Shown in pieces: positions 1 to 16,715 of a stretch of DNA of 64,000 nucleotides. The stretch covers positions 74,896,001 to 74,960,000 of the forward strand of contig OX597818.1 in the NCBI GenBank assembly GCA_951406725.2, read 5' to 3'. This DNA comes from Octopus vulgaris. Its lineage: Eukaryota. Both the position numbers and the translations under genes were made by a program. The notes beneath the pieces were generated by a model. That model was not told the origin of the DNA and made no database searches. It saw only the letters and a program-made list of their open reading frames with translations. Positions within the stretch are counted from its first letter, which is position 1, and each line of letters opens with the position of its first letter.

Positions 1-469
1 GATTTCGCAAATTTAACGCAAAATTGCACGTTGGCATATCTTCGATATTTTCATCAGTACTGCTGGTTTCAGGTCGAGTCTGCGTTATTATTGACATTTT
101 GTCAGCCATGGGGGAATTCATGTCATCGTATATTCATGTTCGGATCATACACACCTCTCCATATACTACTTTCTAAAACTCAGAATTTAATCAGGATCTC
201 TACTCAATTTTCTCTGCCACGGTTACTAATGTAAATTCTATGGAAAGGTGAGATGACAACACTCTACACACTTAACTTCGAAGCACTACTATAAGAAAGG
301 GAAGTGAGCAAAATCGCTATAGCTTAGTTCGCAAACGTATTCAGGTTCAATCTGAGCCAAGCGACTTTACGCTGCGTACTCTAGTTCCGTTATCATATCA
401 ACAGTCCCGATACTTTTTGATCTCACCTAGTATGTGGTTTAATGAAAGTCTTGTGGGCAACATCACCAA

Positions 470-1605
470 GAATTCGGGAATAGCTAAAGTTCTCAAATGT
501 CAACTCATGATATGGAATGAATGTACAATGACCTAAAAGAGCCTTTGAAGTTGTTGACAGATAATTGCAAGATATTCGAAGAAATGATTCTTCAAACGGA
601 GGTATGGCAGTTGCTCTATCTGGTGATTTTAGTCGAACCCTTCCAGTTATTTCAAAGGGAAAGAAAGCAGATGAAAGTCATGCCTGCTTTAAATCATAAC
701 AATTCTACTTCATAAAAGTACTGAAGCTTGAAACAAATATGCGAGTATATCTTCATGGTGATAGATTATCTGGACAGTTTGCTCAAGAGTTATTAATACT
801 AGGAGAAGGAAGAGTGCTTGTGGAAGATGCAATAAATTCGTCATCTATTTGCACAATGGAAAAATCAGAAACAGAATTCATTAATTCTAGCCTCGAATAA
901 TGTGACAGTGAAAGCAATAAACCTTGATCTAATGTGCCTTCCTGGAACCTGCCAATAATACACACAAATATTGGCACTGTTGTTGATCCGATAAGAAATA
1001 GCAATTTATCGAGTCGAGTTTTCAAATTGACTAGAACAAGAAGGTTTACCTCCTCATAAGCTTGACTTGAAATTTGAAACTCTTATAATGCTTCTAAGAA
1101 ATTGAGAAACTCCAAAATATTGTAACTAAACAAGACTTATAGTGATGAAAATTATGCTTTCTGTTATACAAGCTACTACACTCAGTATGTAGAACACATT
1201 ATAATTTATTCATTTCAATAATTCAGGAGATGCCGATTGATTTACCATCAATAGAGTTTAAAAGGGCATGGATTTCAATTAGGCAGGCATTATCAATAAG
1301 TGGTTTGCAACTAGAGGAACCTATTTCTATGTTGGATGCGCACGTACTGGAAGTTCTAAATTTTTTCATTTATACCACATTGGGAAAAGCTCATGATGTT
1401 TCATATAATAAAGAAATCTTACCACAATTTGGTTTGTCTGTATTTTCTGATTTAAGATTATTATTGCTGATGATCACGCAGAATCTGTTATAACCGTAAT
1501 GTTAAAATTACTAATCACAATCAGTATTAAAAAACTATATCAAGTTAAAAATGAAATTTCATTCCTTTCTTTTCTTAACACAGTAACACCGAGTACTTCT
1601 GCTAG
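470..1605 (+). mobile_element. Decayed Helitron 3' portion: PIF1-type helicase pseudogene plus 3' terminus
   Basis: Manual translation across stops and frameshifts gives LMIWNECTM, ALSGDFSRTLPVI, LETNMRVYL, GLPPHKLDLK..IMLLRN..P.YCN.TRL, MPIDLPSIEFKR and QALSISGLQLEEP, which match Helitron/PIF1 helicase motifs. The segment ends in CTAG (1602-1605) followed by T. Confidence 0.85.
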
Positions 1606-1827
<222 letters not shown>

Positions 1828-1829
1828 TA

Positions 1830-2395
1830 CAGGGGGCGGTGAATAAACTAAATTACGAAAAAATGAAAATGACACTGACATCTCATTTTAGCAGATATAT
1901 TTACCAAAATTGCATAAAGATGTCTTGAAATACAAAAGAGTAAATTTATTCAATAGATCAAATCGCCACGGCCTCCAAACGACTTTGGAATCTCCTGCAA
2001 CTCTCCTTGTTTAAGTTGGTGAATGCTCCTATAATCTTTACTTTCAGTTCATCTATGATATTACATGGAATTTTGTTGATCTCTCGCTCAACTGCGGCCC
2101 ACACATAATAATCAAGGGGTGTGCTAACTGGAGAATTAGGTGGTCAGATGCTAGGGGTAATGTAATCGCAGAAATTGTCTGACAGCCATGATTGTGTTGC
2201 TTGTATGGCATGGTGCCGAGTCCTGTTGTTAGACATATGGTCTTCCAGCAGCCATTCTCTTGACCCAGTGCAGCACTACCTCCCCCAAGCACTTGATGTA
2301 GGCCTACGTATTGATTCCGAGGCCTTGTGGGAAGATGGATGGAGGCATAACATCGCAATCACTAGTGATAACTCCAAATACTATGATGTTTTGAT
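1830..2395 (-). mobile_element. Degenerate Tc1/mariner (DD37D maT-like) transposase 3' fragment and terminus
   Basis: Minus strand reads QQDSAPCHTS..QSWLSDNFCDYITPSI*PPNSP...PLDYYVWAAVERE. It is homologous to the copy at 42.4-43.1 kb and has a TA-CAGG terminus at about 1828. Confidence 0.75.
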
Positions 2396-2493
2396 AAATA
2401 TATCTTTTAGAATAAAATGTCAGTGTTATTTTCGTTTTTTAATAATTTAGACGACAGTATATTTACCATATGTCTATATGGCAAATATATGTA

Positions 2494-2567
<74 letters not shown>

Positions 2568-4559
2568 CATGTTTCGTTCAAATGAAGTATCTCAAGTCTC
2601 GGTACATTTTAATATTTTCTTGGCCTCATCTTCTCAATGATGTGGCAATAGCGATGCATAGTGGCTATTTGCGTCTTTGTAAGGCACCATAGGGATACAT
2701 GTGTGACAATTAAATCCATCGTCACTAGATTTAAAACCGCGTAACTGTTAACTATCTATAACATTTATAGAATATTTGACGTGTGAGTTTTGATTTATCA
2801 TTTTTTATTAATATAGATTCTATATCGTAACTTGTAATCGTGTATGTGTCTGTTTTGTGTTATAGATATGTAATTGTCGGCATTATCTATATAAGTGTGT
2901 TAGATACGTAGTTAGTAATATTGATTTCTCTATGATCACGTATATTATTATCGGTTCGTTTGAGCAGCTTTCGTAGTCTGTACATCTTTCTGTGATATAC
3001 TCAGACATTGAAAATTTGATAATCACAGCTTATACGTATCTACTCTTACTTATCTGTATATTTAGTGTTTAAAATGTCTGTCTCTTATATTGATATATTA
3101 TTCTTGTATCTCGTATCTCATATTTCGTTTCCTGTATTCGTATCTGATTCTAATTACCAGGATTACTATCTCAATAATCTCTATAAACTTCTGCCGAGAG
3201 AAGCAGAGGTTAATTATAGTTTAATGTATGTCGGCGTAGTTTAATGCGTGTCGGTGTTAATCTATTACCAAAGTGGAAATATGTATGTTCACAATATTTT
3301 GTTTTTCAGTATTAAAGTCAATATCTCAATAGCAGTTCAGTGAGGCAAAAATAATTTCAGTGTATTCCAGGTATTATCTGGCCTTGAGTTCTCAATTCCC
3401 TTTAGAGTCGTAGGGCTAGAGTGGTGATATACATCATGTCTTGTGCACCTTCTCTTTAAATATGACCACTGACGATTTCAGCCACAAAGAGAGGAAAATT
3501 ACAGAGAGAAAATAAATCAGAGCGAAGAAAGGGAGGAATGATCCCAGTGTAGGACTGGTGTTGTATTTTTGGACGTCAACTAGACGAGAGGCAAAGATAA
3601 TCTCGGCGATATTTGAATGCAGATCGCAGACTGCCTGATCGTCTATGGTTAGAGAAGCTATTCTACCATTTCACCATCATAATATCGCAATTCCCTCAAC
3701 TATTGCAGTATACAACTGTGAACAGAAGAAATCACTAGGAACTGTCGACTTACAAAAAATAGCGGCGAAATTTGTCTCGATTGAACAAGTACCGTTTGAA
3801 CTAGGAGACATTCTATTAGATAATGTAGTCATAAACGCAGTTAAAGATGGTCACAACTGGAAAACATTTAATCATAGTTCTGCTCAAGTAAGGTTAATAA
3901 AGAGCTAAACAAGTAGGGGTTATGAAGAATGTAACTAAATATCGTAGTCTATTTAGGCAGTCGCTCTTTTTACTATAACGTGCGTACGCTGAATCAGAAA
4001 ATTATTATAATCTTCAGTGGATCGTGATAAATATTTATATTGTATATAGGCAGTGAAGTAAGAAATTACACATGTTAAGCAAGATGGTTGAGTAATATGC
4101 TTGGGAAATAGAGCATGATCGCAGCGGATATAATTGAAAAATAGATTAATTACGCCAGGCTTTTGCAATGACCATTTTAGCGTAGGAGCTTATACAGTAA
4201 GATAATACAAGATCTGTATCTAAGACATTATATACAAAGATAATATACATTTACGAAACGAACCAACAGGGAAGACTTTGAGTAGTCATTCAACAAGCTG
4301 AATTCAACTGACAAATTCATTTCATATTATTTTCCCTTTCAAGTGGTAAATATAAAAAGAAAGGTTTGGAGAAACTGTTTTGGTTTTGTGTTGGCAAATG
4401 GTATTTAATGAACTATGAAAATTTGCATAGTCTTATAACATGGCGAGAAAAAATATCCTCTTTAGTGTGTTGGTACGTAGGTTTTTCGATTCTAATCACC
4501 GCATACGAAATTATTCAAAACTTTTTTATATCCACTTACAAATGTATGCCACATTGTAT

Positions 4560-5270
4560 ATTGGAGTTCATAAAAAATAGCGAGTAGTTAACATTGGGAA
4601 ACATTTAATAAAATGTCTACTCAGCTAACCAACATCAATTAGATTTACAATGATTAAGTTAGTATCATGGAATGAAATAACAACATGATATGTATAATTG
4701 GGAAAATATGTATATTCTGAAGATTCACAGAATTGCCCCTAATTTTCTATCTCAGATTTCTGTATTCCTATTCAAATTGTAAATAAAATTGAATTATGTT
4801 AGATCCTATTTAAGGTTAATGCAATACAAATTGCAGAAAAAATAGCTACTTTATTGCATGACATGTCCACAATCCGATGATAATTATATCGGCCAGACCG
4901 GAACAACATTAATGAACTGAGATAGAATGCACAGAAGTTAAATTAAATATCTTCTGCTAGGAATATTTCAAAAGATTCATATAGTGAATATCAAAAAATT
5001 TGTGCGAATACAAAATTCGAAATATTTTTTTTTTTTTTTTGATTACACGAAGAACATTAACAGTCAAGAAAAGTAAACAAAAAGGAATAAATTATGAGGA
5101 TACCGAGTCGGAAATTAAAGCGGAAACAGCGAAAACGAATACTTCTGTACATTATTGTAACAAATGTGTTCAAAAAGCTGAAAAATGTGAGAAGTGTTTA
5201 CATACGAAGAATCTTCCATCAGGTCTGTGTTATTCTGCTTGTTATTAGAGTTTTTATATAATTAATAACT
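4560..5270 (+). mobile_element. Penelope-like element (PLE) 3' relic with GIY-YIG endonuclease pseudogene
   Basis: 4847-5040 translates as LLYCMTCPQSDDNYIGQTGTTL...R.H...SEY...C....FEIFFF, a GIY-YIG motif of the PLE type. Outer boundaries are approximate. Confidence 0.7.
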
Positions 5271-5799
5271 TAAGTAAATTGTTTACACGCATATATAAGT
5301 ATGTGTATGTATGTATGTATGTATGTATGTATGTATGTATGTATGTATGTATGTATGTATGTATGTACAAAGAAGGAAATGAACACATACCCTTGCCAGG
5401 GTTGTAAACAGTTTTAATCTACCTTACTCAACTTACACCTTATTGACTAATGTAGAGCTAGAGTACAACTCACTTCCTCGGCATAATTTGCAATTGGATG
5501 GACTTTGAAACCATATACCTGCGAAACGACCCGCTTACACATATAGATATGATTACACTCCTAGTGAATAGAAAAATGAAAGATAACCCACTGTTCGACG
5601 CTTCCAGTGAGAACTACAATGGGACAAAATTGCTGAACACGTTAGGTTATTTATCTTGGATACCTAAAATCGCACCCCACCTGACTTCAACCCTGTACAG
5701 AGACTATAACCAGATAATCTCACGCTACATGTGTGTATGTGAGCGCGTGTGCGTAAGTATGTTTTTTTTAATATATATATATAAATACATGTATATATA

Positions 5800-6029
5800 T
5801 ACTCTTTACTCTTTTATTCTTTTACATGTTTCAGTCATTTGACTGCGGCCATGCTGGAGCACTGCCTTTAGTCGACTAAATCGACCCCGAGTCTTATTCT
5901 TTGTAAGCCCAGTACTTATTCTATCGGTCTCTTTTGCCGAACCGCTAGGTGACGGGGACGTAAACACACCAGGATCGGTTGTCAAGCAATGCTAGGGGTA
6001 CAAACACAGACACACAAACACATACACAT

Positions 6030-6081
<52 letters not shown>

Positions 6082-6235
6082 GACAGGCTTCTTTCAGTTT
6101 CCGTCTACTAAATCCACTCACAAGGCATTGGTCAGCCCGGGGCTATAGCAGAAGACACTTGCCCAAGATGCCACGCAGTGGGACTTAACCCGGAACCATT
6201 TGGTTGGTTAGCAAGCTACTTACCACACAGTCACT

Positions 6236-6240
<5 letters not shown>
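5800..6240 (-). mobile_element. tRNA-derived SINE family A, full length, with internal (CA)/(TA) microsatellite
   Basis: The minus-strand head has A/B-box-like TGTGTGGTAAG...GGTTCCGGGTTAAGTCCC and a GAGTAAA-type tail. Homologous copies occur at 16.3, 45.9, 59.6 and 62.7 kb. Confidence 0.85.
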
Positions 6241-6301
<61 letters not shown>

Positions 6302-6484
6302 TGTAATATATATATATTAGAGAAATCCAAGGGCTCGTCTTCTGTCTGAATAGTTCTTACTCAGTGAATTTTTCTTTTAATCTGTGAGTCACTTTTGATT
6401 TTCATTGAGAAAGAGTTATCATTAGATACACATTATAACTGAAACTATATCTCGCACCATCAGGTAGCATATTAGTTGTTCGTG

Positions 6485-8370
<1,886 letters not shown>

Positions 8371-8571
8371 TACGAGACTGTTTATACACATATGTATTCA
8401 CGATCTTCCTATCAATATATTTGGTTAAACTCAATTTTGCATCAGGATTTTAACATTCCCTTACGTGAATATTGCTTCCTCATATTCTGAATGCATATAT
8501 ATATAACGGGAAGGTTTACGAAAATAAACAAAAGACGAAGGCAGGTTTACGAAAATAAACAAAAAAATATA

Positions 8572-8602
<31 letters not shown>

Positions 8603-8713
8603 TGGCCTGCTCGCTTAGCCAGCGGGGTGGCGTCATACGAAGGATAAAACAATGCGAACGCATTGTGACCAGCGATGTGTAACAACATCTGATGGTCTGG
8701 TCGGTCACGTGAT

Positions 8714-8773
<60 letters not shown>

Positions 8774-8774
8774 T

Positions 8775-9076
8775 CACAGGACGTCATGACAGCCCTTCCT
8801 GTTTGTTTTCACCGTCGTGTTTCTGTTACCTATTTTGAGCCTCCGCAAAATGCCAAATTTTATTAGATTTTCTTTGCGGGAGCAACTGTTTTATCGAAAG
8901 CGTATATTGTTAAATGCTCGAAATACGAGACTAGAAAAACACCCAACAATTGATGAAGGGTCGTTCTTTATGTTATTTGTTTTGTTTTCCATTTGTGTTT
9001 TTCGTTGTTCGAAATAGTTCATGTTCCATGTACTCGTGCTTCGTTTTTTGTTGTACATGCTTCATGACGTCCTGTG
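8775..9076. mobile_element. 302-bp non-coding element with 15-bp terminal inverted repeats (MITE-like or PLE-derived)
   Basis: CACAGGACGTCATGA (8775-8789) and TCATGACGTCCTGTG (9062-9076), flanked by (TA)n tracts. Confidence 0.6.
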
Positions 9077-9079
9077 CCC

Positions 9080-9153
<74 letters not shown>

Positions 9154-10144
9154 ATGTATGTATATATTATTGGTATTATTATATGATTGAATGACACGCA
9201 TCCTCTTACAAGTAATATATATATTTATATATATATATACTAGTTGAAAAATATCGATATAGATATATAAAAATACCAAAATACCATAAACAACTATAGG
9301 AAAAAGCAGGAGAAAAGATCTTGAATCAAGTAGATTTAATACAAAATAGGATTCAATACATACCCGCGTTTCAAAGGACGATACAAATATGTAAGAAAAA
9401 AATATAACCATAGTAATTATAATTACGTTTATGCATTGTCATTTTCATCAGTGTGAAAAATTCTTGTAAGGACATCAAAAAGGTTTAATAAAGTAAAGTA
9501 AAATAAGTACAATAATGGAGAATACAAGCGGGATAATGGGGAAAAAATGGATATTTGCAAGTAAGTTTTATAAGAGGAAAATAACAGTAATAATAATAAT
9601 GAGAAGAAAAGAGACGAAAGGGAAAAAAGACAGACATCAATGTGTATGTACGTCTATATGTGCGGTAAACTATAACATAAAAATAAAAATGAAAAGCTAA
9701 CGGGTATGTTTAAAAAATGATAACAGATCGAGGCAAAGTATAATAAACAGGGCAACGTGTGTATAGTAGAATATAACGTAACAGGTGGACTAGTAGAAAA
9801 AAAAACATAGAGAGTTATATATATACATATTAAAAGTGAAAAACGAAAAAATACATGTACATATATTTTACACGAGGCTAAAAAGTGATAGGCAAGACTA
9901 TGTTTAAAGAGTTACGATATTAAAGTAAAAATGTACATACATGCAGAGAAAAAAGACAAAGAGAACTTAACAAGGAAAAAACCATCGATCAGACAAGACT
10001 GGCCAGTGTAATTCAAGAGAGTTACCTTACTCAAAAACTAGCTCGGGGTAGGGGAGACAATTATATAGACGTGCATACACATTGATATGTCTGTTTTTCT
10101 TCCCTTACGTCTCTCTTACTATTATTATTGCTGTTATTTTCCTC

Positions 10145-10196
<52 letters not shown>

Positions 10197-10999
10197 GTGT
10201 ATGTACGTTTTTCTTCTTATGGGAAGTTATGTACAAAATCAATTTAACATTAAGTTGAAGAATCACTTAATATTTAGTAGTAAAGTAGATATCAGTGTCG
10301 AGAAGTCAAGAAGATGATGACGGCTGGTAATCCGAAACTTAAAGGTACATGTCCTTGTAAAAATTAATACAACGCGCATTCAGCCAGACTCTCTCCCTTT
10401 CTTTCTCTCTCTCATTCTCTCTTTCTTTCTCTCTCTCTCTTTCTCTCTCTCTCTCTTTCTCTCTCTCCCTCTCTCTCTGAATATACATGTGTGTGTGTCT
10501 GTGCTTTTGTGTTATGAATCTGTATGTGTGCATGTACCTGTGTGTGTATGCGTGTGTGTTATAAATCAGTTCATTCCTCGGAAATCTTTTCTTATTTGTA
10601 GTAATATTAGATTTTCCTGCAGTACATTGATTTCCCTTGTATTCAGGAAAAAATACACAAAATAATTGTGATCACAAGGAAGGGTGGGATGAAAGAGTCG
10701 GCGGCAGTTACTATAGGAGGGATCGTAAGTATGCGCCCATCTTAAATGAATTCATCGTATAAGTAAAACTTATTGAATACTTGACTGATCAAAACCAGTT
10801 CAGAAGCTGGACTCGCTTGAAGCTTATTCTTTCTCTAGAATCAATTATTATCCTTTCTACGCAATATACATTTTAGTAAATAGCTTTATTGTTCAGAAAT
10901 ATTGAGGAAAATGTAAAATAAAATAGACAAAATCGATCTTATTAGGATTCCGAAAAGGAATCGTATTAACATTATATTTTACTTGTTTGTGGATGTGCA

Positions 11000-11033
<34 letters not shown>

Positions 11034-12282
11034 TGTGTATGACTGTGTGCATTAATGTATCAGGTCTACAATTTGCTACGACCATTTTATCAAGAGTTTA
11101 CAACCAACTATATTAATAAATATCGTATTACAAAAGCCCATAACGCGATATCTGATCTCGTGAGAAAACAATATATTCCTATAAATATGATCAATATTGT
11201 GATTTTTGACAATATTACAATAAGGCAAAATTTCACGAAGTAAATTGCATTAGTTGAATTAGAAGAATAGTAGATACCGAAAAATGTATAAAAAATGTAT
11301 ACCTAGTAATGTTAATTCTATGATGGAATTCAATTGAGATTCTTGTATCGGTTTTCTCTTTAGAAAGCGTGTTATAGCTACATACATACATACATACAAT
11401 CATACATACATACATACATACATACATACATACATACATACATACATACATACATACATACATACATACATACATACATACATACACACACACATACATA
11501 CACATTTAAAAGTCTGAATGATATCTATTTTCTTTTTAAATGTCAATGAAAGCAATTATTGAGTTTACTGCGAAATGTATAATATCATAGATTGAAAATA
11601 TAAAGGAAATATTTAACATTCATCTTCTTTCGTTGATTTTTAAAATATAAATAAAATGAATTATGGTTTAAATGTAATATTTCATATTTTCTTTCTCCAT
11701 GTAAATTTGATTCAATTTAAATGGTGAACGAAAGAAATGGAGCTTCGCTCAGGAACTAGACCAAAATAGTTTGATACAATTTGCTGTAAATTATCTGCTT
11801 ATATCTTTGCTCCTCGTAAGGTTGTCATGAAGAAACAATTTTTTTCTTCAAATACCAAGGACGTAAAGTAATATTTATCTAAAAATTAGATAAATAAATA
11901 TTGACACAGTATAATATCGACGTTTCTTTTGCCAGTTGGTTCTTATCATATTAGCTTCAAGTATATCAAGAATATTTAGTATAGCATAGATGATTCGCTT
12001 TTTTTATACAAAAAATGTTAAGTGAAATTCAGGGTTAGAGATATATGCCGAGTAATCACATTGGTACCGGTATCAAAGCACTTGTAAAGATTGAATACAA
12101 TCGACTGAATTTAACCAGTACCTATGTATGGAACTTATTTCATCAGCCTTCGTGTAAATTTAAAAACGAAAATTCAATCAGTCATTGATCTCAGCTTCTC
12201 GGATTATCATAATTGAACCCTGAGGCTCGCCTAGTCATCTATCCAGTCATTTTACACAGTCTTCAGAAGTATACAAATATAG

Positions 12283-12497
12283 TTTTCCCATTTTGGCACA
12301 AGGCCAACAATGTCAGGGGAAGGAGTAAATGGATTGCATTGACCCCAGTGCTCAAATGGTTCTTCTTTTATTGAATCCACAAGGATGAATCGCAAAATCG
12401 ACCTCGGTGGAATTTAAATTCAGAATGTAAATATGAACGAAATGGTACAAAGCATTTTGCCTCGCGTGCTAATGATTTTGCCCGCTCACCGCCTTAG
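12283..12497 (-). mobile_element. SINE family B, diverged copy
   Basis: Homologous along its length to 7921-8127 and 47143-47352. Confidence 0.8.
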
Positions 12498-12989
12498 ATG
12501 TGGGCAAACATTGATCCTTAATACGCATATATATCCTCATGTTTTATGTGTACAAAGTATGACATAAAAAAACCTACCCCACTTTACAGGTTGACAATCG
12601 TTTCAACAGTAAGCGCAATGTACAGATACACAACATTATGGTAAATGAAAGAAAAATCTATAAAACACTTTCGGTATGAAGACACTGTTACAATCTGCTT
12701 AACTTTACTAGAAAAACAGGAATGACCGTATAAAATCTGGGAGATTTTTCTATTGCATGATGTAGTAAAGATATAGTCGATTACAAAATTTGAGTGAGAC
12801 TTATATCGTCGTTTTCAATTATATGAAAGAAAAAAGTTGACTTCGATTGGACTTAAACAAAGGGACATTAACTATCACGAAATATTTTGTGATAGTTATT
12901 CGACCGTTGCAAATACACAGCTGACTGGTCATTTAATGCGATCTTTGTCCTGAGAGAAATACCGTGTAAAATCACAATGAATATCGGAG

Positions 12990-13210
12990 CGAGACGAAAA
13001 CTGGTTCCTACAGCATCCAAGAAGACCAGATGCATTTCTGCATTTGGAGGCCTTTTCAATGGCGCATACTCGTAGCTAGCCATACGCTCAGAAAAGAATT
13101 CATCGTTCATGATGCAAGGAACAGTGAAGAAAGCATTCACTGAAGTCAAGAATAGCCTCCTGTTGTATAAAGATCTGGCATATGCAATTGGGGCAGTAAA
13201 ATTAAAATAA
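12990..13210 (+). pseudogene. Possible very decayed Ty3/Gypsy pol (RT-RNase H junction) fragment
   Basis: Translation contains PTASKKTRCISAFGGLFN and KAFTEVKNSL...AYAIGAV, resembling the Gypsy ..FLGL.N / KAF..LK..L / DAS..AIGAVL pattern. The match is weak. Confidence 0.3.
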
Positions 13211-14648
13211 GCATCTATGTATCATACTTAATATATATACAAATTGATAGGCAAGTTACTCTAATATTTGCCCGGAGATAACTTTGTTATGGACGACACC
13301 CTAAAGGACTGAAATATATCGGGCATTTTCAGTAGCTGCTGCTCGAATGAATTTCATGTTCCTCTGATATTCAGTGTTTTTAACACACCTCATCCATAAG
13401 CGATATTATCACAGTAGTAATTTGCCTATTAAAAGTGTATTTACATTATTTATACTACATATATGACTATTATAACTCAATATTGATTCGAATTTTTTAT
13501 ACCGAACTCTAAAACCTATTTTAAAATTGTCATTACAATTTACAGTTGATATATGTATAGGAAGATTCTTCATGATATGTACACTTTGGAGTCCAATTCA
13601 CTGGCGTAACAGACTGCAATGTGTCTTATCTATCCAGCTGTTCAAGATGTGTATCAAGAATAAATAACACTCAAATGTATTGCCTGCAAACCACTATATT
13701 TTCCCTAATGTGACATGAACTAGATGCATACAACTAAAACACTGATGCATTCAGTCTCTGTAACTTTCTAATTGTGTTAAAATCGAGGTATAAACAAATG
13801 AAATATTGATAATATAATGTTATATTAAAACTTCATTCTGACAACATTGTTATTATTTAATTCCTATTCTTAAATATTTTATATAGTTTGAGTTGCTTGC
13901 ATTGGTGGTGGTGATGGTGGTGGTGGTGGTGGTGACGACAACAACGACGACGATGATGATGATGATGATGATGATGAGGAGGAGGAGGAGGAGGAGGAGT
14001 TGGAGGAAGAGAATGAATAGTAATGTGTTCGTGGGTTTCCCATAATTATTATTAATGTTCTCAAGGGTTTGCCATAGTTATTACTAATGTAAATCAAAAT
14101 GTAACAATATCTGTCATTAAAAATCTATCCCCCGCTTGGAGAGTAGATTTCACAGAATATTCTACAGCTACTTTTCCTTCCACTTATGTACAATTGTTGC
14201 AAATAACGCTTGCTATGTGGCGGGTCTAAACATCCATGCCGACTGTGCTTTGTGATGCTAGATATGCTCTTTCCCCAAGGACGAGGTGCCATAATGTATC
14301 CTTTAGGTCTATTTTTGTACCCTATGGCTATGGCTGTCAATCTTAATACTCTCTGATGAATGGTGAAACTGACTGCTCTCTGATTTAACTTCGGTAGAAG
14401 ATGGCTTGCTGAGGGAGCAGGTGCTCCTTCATTCTTTAACAATACTTTTATCTACTTTGTTATTGACAATGTACTTGTGCTCTCCATCTTTTCACAGCTT
14501 ATGTACATTTTGATATAAGCAAAACGCAAAGCCTCGTAGACGCACAGTGTCAGAGCTCACATTCATGCAAAGCTGAAGAAGTAACACTGTAATGTACTTC
14601 ATGATAAAATTATTTTAGCATTTTCTGCGTCGTCATTTTTACTTTATA

Positions 14649-14762
<114 letters not shown>

Positions 14763-15379
14763 AGAGAAATTGTACAAAATTTATAAAATTATAGCCCCAT
14801 CCACCTAAAAGTAGAAAACATTAAGTATCATACACGCATAATAAAGATAACAATGACGACAATTTAATAATACAAATAATTAAAACACGGTAAGCAATGA
14901 ACCCTTTAACAGCTTCACCCTTACAAGAATGAAGGACTTGGAATAATGAAACACCGAGATATAAACAATTTTATGAAACATACATTTCCATCATCACTTA
15001 TCCAATGGATATCACAGTGGTTTCGACGCCTGGTTAGTACCATGCAAACCATCGGGCTCCTCATGAACAGAAATGACTACCAAGTTATTATTCAACCGGA
15101 GGTTATAGTGGAAGACACTTGCACAAGATACCGCCTAGGGCCTGAACTCGAAACTACACGGTCGCAAATCAATCTTGTTAACTTCAGGGCCGTGCCCGTG
15201 CCTATAAATCTACGCTGCCCATATATATAACGGGAAGGTTTACGAAAATAAACAAAAGACGAAGGCAGGTGGAGTACAAACAAACAATTGTATTATATAT
15301 ATCTTAGTTATTTGCATTAAATAGATTGCTAATTAATGGCTAGGATTTTGTATCAATTATATTCCACATCTCCACACTC

Positions 15380-16310
15380 CTCAGGGTTTGAGCTGAAGCT
15401 TAAGGTCAAACGTATCAGTGGTAGAATTTATCTGTGGATACAACAATACACCCTCATGCAGGTGGTACAAAGTACATACAGAATACTGCTATAATTCTGT
15501 ATAATAATCGATTGTAGCAACCTGACATTTTCCATGTTTCACAGCCACCTAGTACAGCAGATACTTCCCAGTCTATGTGTCATTTCACGATACAATTAAT
15601 CACAAACTTAAACAAGTTTTTGAGTTACTTACAAAGCATAAACATTTCTTGAATGTAGCCTTTGGCACCACATCTTCTTACTTAAACATTTTACCTTAGA
15701 ATTATTTGCCATTCCCGTATGTCCGGCCATTTGCAATGAAACAAATATTGCTTTGTACCCAATAAACGAGAAATTCTCCATAACACCACTTCTGTATTAA
15801 ACTATATTCTTAGGCGGAAAGTTCTGCAGTTAATATTTTTTGTTACTTTTTTCCGTTTACTATGATTCTTAGAATTTTCATTAACTTTCCTCCAATATCA
15901 TGTAAATATCCTCTGTCCGCTGTCAATTTTAAAGCTTCATCAGATGCCAAAACCCAAAATTTATTGGATTGATTCAAATATGTGGTTTATAATTCTGATT
16001 GGCGGAAAGAAGGGGAACTGTAGTGTATTGGAGTATTCAGAATATTTGCTGTTTCTAGTTTAAGGAATCCATAAACCTGATAATTCAAATAATGTCAAAT
16101 AATAAACGCTGTTAGCTACACTGACATCAAACATTACATGTTCATCACCGTATAGACTTGTACTAATAGTTTTAACCTTGTCATAGCTGCAAATCTACAC
16201 ATCAATTCATCTATTATAACTAAAATCTTTACTTGTAGTAGGATAAACATTTACTTGAATTACTGTTATTTCAGGTTTGTCGTTTATCCATGTAAAAAAT
16301 AGGACAATAT
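15380..16310 (-). mobile_element. Highly decayed RTE-like LINE fragments (APE endonuclease and RT C-terminus)
   Basis: Minus strand reads PEITVIQVNVYPTTSKD (like NITIIQVYAPT) and SAVLGGCETWKM (like LLYGCETW). Confidence 0.45.
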
Positions 16311-16319
16311 TTCTTCGTA

Positions 16320-16715
16320 CAGGTGTGAGTGTGCAGTTATGAAGATCGTTTTGCAACCACTTAGTTACAGGTTCAGTCTCGCTGCACAGTACCTTGGTCG
16401 AGTTTCTTCTACTATAGCCCTGAGTTGACCAATGCCTTGCGAGTGAAATTGGTAGTCGAAAACTGTGTGGAAGCCTGTCAGATATATGTGTGTGTACGTA
16501 TCTCTTTGTTTCTTTCCCAAGCGCTTGTCAACTGGGGTTGACTTGTTTTCACTCTCGTATTCTAGCGGTTTAGCAAAAGAGAATTGTAGAGAAAGTATCG
16601 GAGCTACAAAAATAAGTACAAGGTGAAATTTCTTCCACTAAAACCATCCAAGACAACGTCTCAGAATGGCAGCAGTCTCTTCACTGAAACAAGTAAAAGA
16701 TAGAAAATAAAAGAA
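16320..16715 (+). mobile_element. SINE family A, diverged copy
   Basis: GGTTCAGTCTC..GCACAGTACCTTGG..TTCTACTATAGCCC; homologous to 5800-6240. Confidence 0.8.

Noticed and set aside
3645-3908. 87-aa ORF as a host exon
   Set aside because: No recognisable domain or supported splice structure, and it lies among degenerate SINE-like fragments.
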